The notes under the pieces are model-generated. The model made no database searches and was not told the DNA's origin. It was given only the letters and a program-made list of their open reading frames with translations. A stretch of DNA of 64,000 bases, from NCBI GenBank assembly GCA_002269645.1, contig NIVC01000598.1:780286-844285 (forward strand), read 5' to 3'. Below, piece after piece: positions 55,978 to 64,000 of the stretch (position 1 is its first letter; each line of letters opens with the position of its first letter). A program made the translations under genes and the position numbers. Source of the stretch: Macrostomum lignano (lineage: Eukaryota).

Positions 55978-56600
55978 CAGAGCAGAGAGAAACGAGAAGA
56001 GATAAGAGAGAAAATATAAAAGAAGAAAAAGGAGAGATGAAAGAGCGGACAAGAGAGAAGAGAGGTGAGGGAAGAGACGAGCGACGAGGGGAGAGAGAAG
56101 AGATAAGACAAGAAAAGAGATGAGAGGAAAGAGAGAGAGGAAAGAGGTGAGGGAAGAGACGAGAGAAGAGAGGAGAGAGGAGAGAGAGAGGAAAGAGTAG
56201 AGAGGAGAGATGAGAGAGTAGAGGAGAGAGTTAAGAGAAGAGAGAAAAGAATAGAGAGGAGAAGGAAGAGACGAGAGAAGAGGGGAGAGAGGAGAGAGAG
56301 AGGAAAGAGTAGAGAGGAGAGATGAGAGAGTAGAGGAGAGAGTTAAGAGAAGAGAGAGAAGAATAGAGAGGAGAAGGAAGAGCCGAGAGAAAAGGGGAGA
56401 GAAGAGAGAGGAGAGGAGAGAGAAAACGAAAGAGTAGAGAGGAGAGAGGAGAGCAGAGAGAAAAGAATAGGGAAGAGATGAGATAAGAGAGATGAAAGAG
56501 AAGAGAGATGAGGGAAGATACGAAAGAAGAGAGGAGAGAAGAGAGAGGAGATACGAGAGACGAGGGATGAGAGAGAAGAAAGGAAACAGAAGAGACGATA
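55045..56600. repeat. Degenerate polypurine (GA-rich) tract with a perfect (GA)n core at about 55895-55972
   Basis: Seen directly. Confidence 0.93.
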
Positions 56601-57100
56601 GAAATTTTAAAGGATCCAAGGGACATAGGGAGAGTCAGGGAGAGGCCAGATTTTGCCAATACATGTTTTAGAGTCAGACAGACATTGCCTGGCATTCTGT
56701 GGAGTACCCTAGCATTCCAACAAACAATATCAACGTTTGCCTCAAAACCTAATTTTACACAAATGTGCTCCATTTTATGTCTACCTCTATCCTACGAACT
56801 ATTAACAAGCTTTTGTTTGTTTATGGCCTTAGATTTCAGAATACATGCAAAAGTAGTTCCGGGGATTGGAATTCCCGGGTTCAAAATCCGCGGGTTTCAA
56901 CAGCTTGTTGATTCATATAAATCAAGAAAAAATTCCCGTGTGAGAGATTGAGATACTCGTAAAACTATTGTAGTGCATCGCGTCATCACGTGCAAAAGTG
57001 CGCATGTAAACTTGATCGATTCGAAGGGATCATAGTACTGTATTAATGCGTGCAGTAGCTGGAATTAGTTAATGATGAGTGCGAGGCAGTAAAAGATGCA

Positions 57101-57263
57101 AAAAGACAACAGCATTTGGTCAACGACCCAACTGTAACTTCTAGTGGTCCTTGCATTTGGTATTCCCAGGCGGTCACCCATCCAAGTACTAACCAAACCC
57201 AAAGTTACTTAATTTCGATGATCAGACGAGAACCGGTGTTTGCAACGTGGTATGGCCGTTGCC
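57101..57263 (-). pseudogene. 5S rRNA: 5S rRNA gene copy interrupted by a 32-bp insertion
   Basis: Minus strand: GGCAACGGCCATACCACGTTGCAAACACCGGTTCTCGTCTGATCATCGAAATTAAG...GGTTAGTACTTGGATGGGTGACCGCCTGGGAATACCAAATGC-[insert]-ACCAAATGCTGTTGTC-TTTT. Removing the insert and one repeat copy gives 118 nt with a complete helix I and a T-run terminator. Confidence 0.9.
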
Positions 57264-57659
57264 ACTGGCTGTTGACAATATTGTATTGACATTTTTCCAT
57301 ACACTTGCGTCTTCTACAATAAATTTTCTTTCAAAAACCCGTGTCTTTGTTCCAAGTAATGTCTTTGCCGGTCGGTGAATTAGTTTGGCAATTTTAATCA
57401 ATCAAATTTCTGCTGCAGCCTCCGCTCTGAATGGCCCTGGCCGCCCCATCTGCTCAGCTATTGAGGCGAAGGAGTCGCTCTGCAAAAGTGAGACGAGTTG
57501 CTAAGAAACAACTTTTTTTTCAGAACTGGCGCCATCTGGGGGTGAATTTTAGGACAAACCGAATGCATGGAACTGGAGAAGGTAGCCAGTGTTTAATTGA
57601 ATTCGGCTGCTTGGTCCGAAGTCTGGAGTCGTTCGGATAATAAACTTGATGCGTCTGAC

Positions 57660-58697
57660 ACTGACTTCTGAAGTGAGGCACTCCTGACACTCAAAGTGAG
57701 ACACTCCTGACTCCCAAAGTGAGGCACTCCTGACACACAAAGTGAGGACACTCCTGACACCCAAATTGAGGCACTCCTGACACCCAAAGTGAGACACTCC
57801 TGACACCCAAATTGAGGCACTCCTGACACCCAAAGTGAGACACTGCTGACACCCAAAGTGAGGCACTCCTGACTCCCAAAGTGAGGCACTCCTGACTTCA
57901 AAAAGTGAGGCACTCCTGACACCCAAAGTGAGGCACTCCTGACTCCCAAAGTGAGGCACTCCTGACTCCCAAAGTGAGGCACTCCTGACACCCAAATTGA
58001 GGCACTCCTGACACCCAAAGTGAGACACTCCTGACACCCAAATTGAGGCACTCCTGACACCCAAATTGAGGCACTCCTGACACCCAAATTGAGGCACTCC
58101 TGACACCCAAAGTGAGACACTGCTGACACCCAAAGTGAGGCACTCCTGACTCCCAAAGTGAGGCACCTGACATCCAAAGTGAGGCACTCCTGACTCCCAA
58201 AGTGAGGCACTCCTGACACCCAAAGTGAGGCACTCCTGACTCCAAAAAGTGAGGCACTCCTGACACCCAAAGTGAGGCACTCCTGACTCCCAAAGTGAGG
58301 CACTCCTGACACCCAAAGTGAGACACTCCTGACAAACAAAGTGAGACACTGCTGACACCAAAAGTGAGACACTGCTGACACCCAAAGGGAGGCACTCCTG
58401 ACACCCAAAGTGAGACACTCCTGACACCCAAAGTGAGGCACTCCTGACACCCAAAGTGAGACACTGCTGACAACCAAAGTGAGGCACTCCTGACACCCAA
58501 AGTGAGGCACTCCTGACACCCAAAGTGAGACACTCCTGACAACCAAAGTGAGGCACTCCTGACACCCAAAGTGAGACACTGCTGACAACCAAAGTGAGGC
58601 ACTCCTGACACCCAAAGTGAGACACTGCTGACACCCAAATTGAGGCACTCCTGACTCCCAAAGTGAGGCACCTGACACCCAAAGTGAGGCACCTGAC
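57660..58697. repeat. 23-bp minisatellite (AAAGTGAGGCACTCCTGACACCC)n, array 1
   Basis: Seen directly. Confidence 0.96.
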
Positions 58698-59940
58698 AGG
58701 AAACATTAGCTCCAAACGCGGTTGACCTCGTGTTCACATCCAGGTCTTTTGTCATTCCGTCATTTACACAAGAAACTGATTACAAGAGTTGACAACAGTT
58801 CGCACACATTCAGAGCAACTCCCGCGCCTCATATTGGGATTTGGTGGAAATTAATCACCTATAGAATTGATTAATGGTCAGTCAGTTTGAGCACACTGTA
58901 CGACCCTAGATAACTTCCAGTCACTCCACCTGTCACTTTTAAGCTCCGATACGACTGTCTTGAAGAATTGTGCAAACCGAACAAACTTGGTGTCTTTATT
59001 ACTTTGATCTGCCGGCCGAAATGATCTGATCTGTTTGCTCTGGCGGAGCAGTATCTTTACCCAGCCATCTAGCTGTCAGTGTGTGAGACTCCATTATAAA
59101 TAGGCTGACTACAAGCCAGGCAACAAGAGAATCTGGTCCGCCATCAGCTTCAGAAATTATTCCATGACTTGCTAGACAAAGGAAAAGCTTTTAAGCATTC
59201 GCAAAGTCAGTTAACTAAGGTGAGTGCCATTCATTTGCAATTTGCTAGCTACTGTTAGTAGTTTAATCAGGTAATATAAAATTTATAGTGGCAGATCATA
59301 CCATATTCTGATTGGGCTACAGTTTACTCATCCATTTCCCTATGAGTAAAACACTGTCCGGCCAAACAAGCTCTGAAAGGCTACCCCCCCCCCCCAGTTT
59401 TAAAGGCATAATGTGTGGCGCGCGACTTGCTGGTAGAAGATTTATTAAGCTGCTGAGGGGTTGGGATGGCTGAGGCTGCTGTGGAAGGCTGCACAAGTCA
59501 GCGCAGTCCCTGGGCTACCAGGGTTTACAGGTTCTCACGACTTGGGCTCGCATCTCTACTCCCCCCCTCTCTCTCTCCCTAATACAACGATATCCTCCAA
59601 AGCTTTCCTGACATTTCCAACACGGAATTTTGGAGGAGGGGGGGGGCGGGGGAGGCTGCTGGCCTGCAGCTTCCTTCCATTCTTCATCTTCTCTTATAAT
59701 TTCCCTTTACCAACCCACCCAGCCCATTCCGGGGAGAGAAGAGGAACGGGCAGGCGGATTCACGCGCGCGCTTGTCTCTGAGCTCAGCTCACCCCCTCCC
59801 CACTCGTCCCAGTCCTGTGCGACTGGCCCAGCCTTCGTCGACTAGGGGTCATGTAGGCTTAAAAGCAAGGATCTGGAGTGCTAAACTCATCCATCCTCAA
59901 GCCTGCATTGTGGCAATTGAATGAATTTATCCTGAAAGTT

Positions 59941-60602
59941 TCTGACACCCAAAGTGAGACACTTCTGACACCCAAAGTGAGGCACTCCTGACATCCAAAG
60001 TGAGGCACTCCTGACACCCAAAGTGAGGCACTCCTGACATCCAAAGTGAGACACTCCTGACACCCAAAGTGAGACACCCTTGACACCCAAAGTGAGACAC
60101 TCTTGACACCCAAAGTGAGGCACTCCTGACACCCAAAGTGAGACACTGCTGACACAAATATTGAGACACTGCTGACACCCAAAGTGAGACACTGCTGACA
60201 CCCCAAATGAGACACTGCTGACACCCAAAGTGAGGACACTCCTGACACCCAAAGTGAGACACTGCTGACACCCAAAGTGAGACACTGCTGACACAAATAT
60301 TGAGACACTGCTGACACCCAAAGTGAGACACTGCTGACACCCAAAGTGAGACACTGCTGACACCCAAAGTGAGACACTGCTGACACCCAAAGTGAGACAC
60401 TGCTGAGACCCAAAGTGAGACACTGCTGAGACCCAAAGTGAGACACTGCTGACACCCAAAGTGAGACACTGCTGACACCCAAAGTGAGACACTGCTGACA
60501 CAAAAATTGAGACACTGCTGACACCCAAAATGAGGCACTCTTGACACCCAAAGTGAGGCACTGCTGAGACCCAAAGTGAGGCACTCCTGACATCTAAAGT
60601 GA
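59941..60602. repeat. 23-bp minisatellite, array 2 (same family, AAAGTGAGACACTGCTGACACCC variant dominant)
   Basis: Seen directly. Confidence 0.96.
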
Positions 60603-61618
60603 GCAATTGAATTGAACAATTTGATTTAATTAAAGAATTTTGGTTGCATCCGCAGTATCTGTCCTCCTAGCTTCATCCTAAACAAAAACTGATAATTTGT
60701 GGACGAGTTAGTAGTCCAATCCAGACTCTGGTTTAAGGCGTCCTTGACTGGGATAGAGGGATGGAGGAGAGACAGACGGTCCCAGCACCAACACTTCCTC
60801 TTTGCCCTCCTCTAAATCTCTCTCTTACTGGGTGTGCGGTAAGAGAAATGCTGAGGCAGACAGGCGGCAGAAGGCAACCAGCCACCCTTCTCCAGCTTTC
60901 TCCAGCTCAGAATCAACCTGCTTTAAACTGTTGTTAGTGCAGCATGTTGCTGCTGCTGCTGTGTGTGTGCATGGCGACTCCACTTGCTACACGAGGTGAT
61001 GAGGAGAGACGAGATAGCGTAGACAGCCTCAGAACACACACTGTTCTGGGCCAACAATAATCTTCTAAATAAGTGCATTGTACTGAAGTAATACAAAATT
61101 GTTGATAATACTAGTATTTTGAAATAAGTCTGAGGGGAGGGGTTGGTGACAAGGTTAAAAAGACAAAGCCACTCTCTAATAATTGAAACTTTCTAAATCC
61201 CGAGGCAGAGTTGCCGGGCCATGGTCGGTGCAGTCCACACTGGCCTCCTGCCCCTGCTCTTCTCTCTTTGCCTAGAGTTTCTGCCCTCCCCTCCCCAACT
61301 CCCCACCCCCAGACCATGCTGCTCAGCTCCCACCTTCTCACACGTCTCCCCCTCCTCCCCGCACTGCCGTCTCCCCCCCCCTGACTCCCAGCCCCTCGGC
61401 TCCCATAAAGCCATCGCCACCTTGCCAGTCAACAAGCAGCCATTCGGAATTATTTTCCGAGAGAGGCGCGAGTGTCTCGGACAGTCAATAGGCGTGTTGG
61501 CACAGTTAGGTACTACTAATCTCCATGGCTGCCCAGCATCCTAACCGGGCTTCATCGCCAACTCGAGCTCGAGTCTGAACAGAAGTTTTTGCCTCCCTAA
61601 CAACCGCTAAACTCGACA

Positions 61619-64000
61619 ATGCTGCCGCCGCCGCCGCCTCCAACTCCGTCGGGAATGTCGCCGTTGGCTGGACCCATGATGTCGATGCTCGGGCCGCCGC
61701 CACCGCCACCTCCGCCGCCACCGCAGCAGCAGGCATTTTATCAAGACCCACCATTTTTCAGGACACCTCTGCCGCCGCCGCCGCCCCCGCAGCAGCACTG
61801 CCTGATGGGAACTCCAGACGTTCGGATCCATGAGATGAACAAGCGACTGCAACAGCGGCCAGAGGTCAGTGGGGGGAAACTGTTCTGGCATCTAATGTCT
61901 TCATCGATAGACAAATATTAATAAAATTAATTTTTATAACAGTGCGAAAGCGACGGCCAGAACTTCTGGTGGGATCAGTTTGCCACGGAGTTTTTTGAGG
62001 ACGACTCGGTGCTCACCATCCAGCTGCTGATGGAGGACGGGCCGAAACGCTATTGTGAGTGGAAGATACAAGATATATAACAGCTCAAGTACTGTTTTTT
62101 AACTTTCCGCTGCCCACCCTGTGTGTTGAAGCTTTTGTGTTAACCTTTGATCTTGCCGACCTCAGCCCTGTTCACTCAGTTTGATGGTATTGATATCTTT
62201 GATATTGCCGACCACAGCCCTGTTCACTCAGTTTGATGGTATTTATATCTTTGATCTTGCCGACCTCTGCCCTTTTCACTCAGTTTGATGCCACCTTTGA
62301 TCTTTCCGACCACAGCCCTGTTCACTCAGTTTGATGGTTTTGATATCTTTGATCTTGCCGACCTCTGCCCTTTTCACTCAGTTTGATGCCACCTTTGATC
62401 TTGCCGACCACAGCCCTGTTCACTCAGTTTGATGGTATTGATATCTTTGATCTTGCCGACCACAGCCCTGTTCACTCAGTTTGATGGTATTGATATCTTT
62501 GATCTTGCCGACCTCTGCCCTTTTCACTCAGTTTGATGCCACCTTTGATCTTGCCGACCACAGCCCTGTTCACTCAGTTTGATGGTATTGATATCTTTGA
62601 TCTTGCCGACCACAGCCCTGTTCACTCAGTTTGATGCCACCTTTGATCCTGCCGACCTCAGCCCTGTTCACTCAGTTTGATTCTATTTATATCTTTGATC
62701 TTGCCGACCTCAGCCCTGTTCACTCAGTTTGATGCCACCTTTGATCTTGCCGACCTCAGCCCTGTTCACTCAGTTTGATGCCACCTTTGATCTTGCCGAC
62801 CTCAGCCCTGTTCACTCAGTTTGATGCCACCTTTGATCTTGCCGACCTCAGCCCTGTTCACTCAGTTTGATTCTATTGATATCTTTGATCTTGCCGACCA
62901 CAGCCCTGTTCACTCAGTTTGATGGTATTTATATCTTTGATCTTGCCGACCTCTGCCCTTTTCACTCAGTTTGATGCCACCTTTGATCTTTCCGACCACA
63001 GCCCTGTTCACTCAGTTTGATGGTATTGATATCTTTGATCTTGCCGACCTCTGCCCTTTTCACTCAGTTTGATGCCACCTTTGATCTTGCCGACCACAGC
63101 CCTGTTCACTCAGTTTGATGGTATTGATATCTTTGATCTTGCCGACCACAGCCCTGTTCACTCAGTTTGATGCCACCTTTGATCTTGCCGACCTCAGCCC
63201 TGTTCACTCAGTTTGATTCTATTTATATCTTTGATCTTGCCGACCTCAGCCCTGTTCACTCAGTTTGATGCCACCTTTGATCTTGCCGACCTCAGCCCTG
63301 TTCACTCAGTTTGATGCCACCTTTGATCTTGCCGACCTCAGCCCTGTTCACTCAGTTTGATTCTATTGATATCTTTGATCTTGCCGACCTCAGCCCTGTT
63401 CACTCAGTTTGATGGTATTGATATCTTTGATCTTGCCGACCTCAGCCCTGTTCACTCAGTTTGATGCCACCTTTGATCTTGCCGACCTCAGCCCTGTTCA
63501 CTCAGTTTGATGCCACCTTTGATCTTGCCGACCTCAGCCCTGTTCACTCAGTTTGATGCCACCTTTGATCTTGCCGACCTCAGCCCTGTTCACTCAGTTT
63601 GATGCCACCTTTGATCTTGCCGACCTCAGCCCTGTTCACTCAGTTTGATGCCACCTTTGATCTTGCCGACCTCAGTCCTGTTCACTCAGTTTGATGCCAC
63701 CTTTGATCTTGCCGACCTCAGCCCTATTCACTCAGTTTGATTCTATTGATATCTTTGATCTTGCCGACTTCTGCCCTGTTTACTCAGTTTGATGGTATTG
63801 ATATCTTTGATCTTGCCGACCTCAGCCCTGTTCATCAAGTCTCGTCCTCTGATAAGTTTTTACCAACATTAGTGAATTTATTAATGAGCCTTTAGTGTTG
63901 CCGACTAATTAAGCACCGGCCCGAACACCCCCTCACATCACGCCGCCATTGCAGCCATCGGTCGCACCCTGATCCCGCGGTACTTTCGCAGCATCTTTGA
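61619..64000 (+). CDS. LDB: LIM domain-binding protein (LDB1/2, Chip), 5' exons; continues beyond window
   Basis: Exons 61619-61864 (...PDVRIHEMNKRLQQRPE), 61943-62054 (CESDGQNFWWDQFATEFFEDDSVLTIQLLMEDGPKRY) and 63955 to the window end (SIGRTLIPRYFRSIF). These match the LDB dimerisation domain, and the splice phases agree. The true start may lie further upstream. Confidence 0.95.
62140..63835. repeat. 46/52-bp minisatellite in LDB intron 2
   Basis: Core CTTTGATCTTGCCGACCTCAGCCCTGTTCACTCAGTTTGAT with two alternative tails (GCCAC or GGTATTGATAT). Confidence 0.95.

Noticed and set aside
57549-60619. Cys-rich GCQECLTL ORFs
   Set aside because: They are artefacts of the 23-bp minisatellite.

Overview
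This is eukaryotic (animal) genomic DNA that is very rich in repeats. The organism is probably a Macrostomum-like free-living flatworm, inferred from an AUG-terminated spliced-leader sequence. Protein-coding content: (i) a secreted PAN/apple + Pro/Thr-mucin gene with an in-frame stop, and downstream on the same (-) strand an ALK/LTK-type glycine-rich-domain exon (5.3-11.6 kb); (ii) a 14-exon TTC24-like TPR gene ending in a CaaX-like box (+, 14.0-26.6 kb); (iii) a 6-exon MAP1/Futsch-family gene with a 4.5-kb repeat-rich exon (-, 34.9-52.6 kb); (iv) the first exons of an LDB/Chip gene (+, from 61.6 kb, running off the window). Non-coding content: a spliced-leader (SL) RNA gene about 0.85 kb upstream of futsch on the same strand, a 5S rRNA copy interrupted by a 32-bp insert with a 9-bp duplication, a 5'-truncated Penelope-like element with a minimal hammerhead ribozyme, a tRNA-derived SINE, LINE relics, MITE- and Helitron-like elements, and more than 20 micro/minisatellite arrays. 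These arrays account for most of the long ORFs in the track. All gene models were built by hand from splice signals and remembered family motifs; no database search was run.
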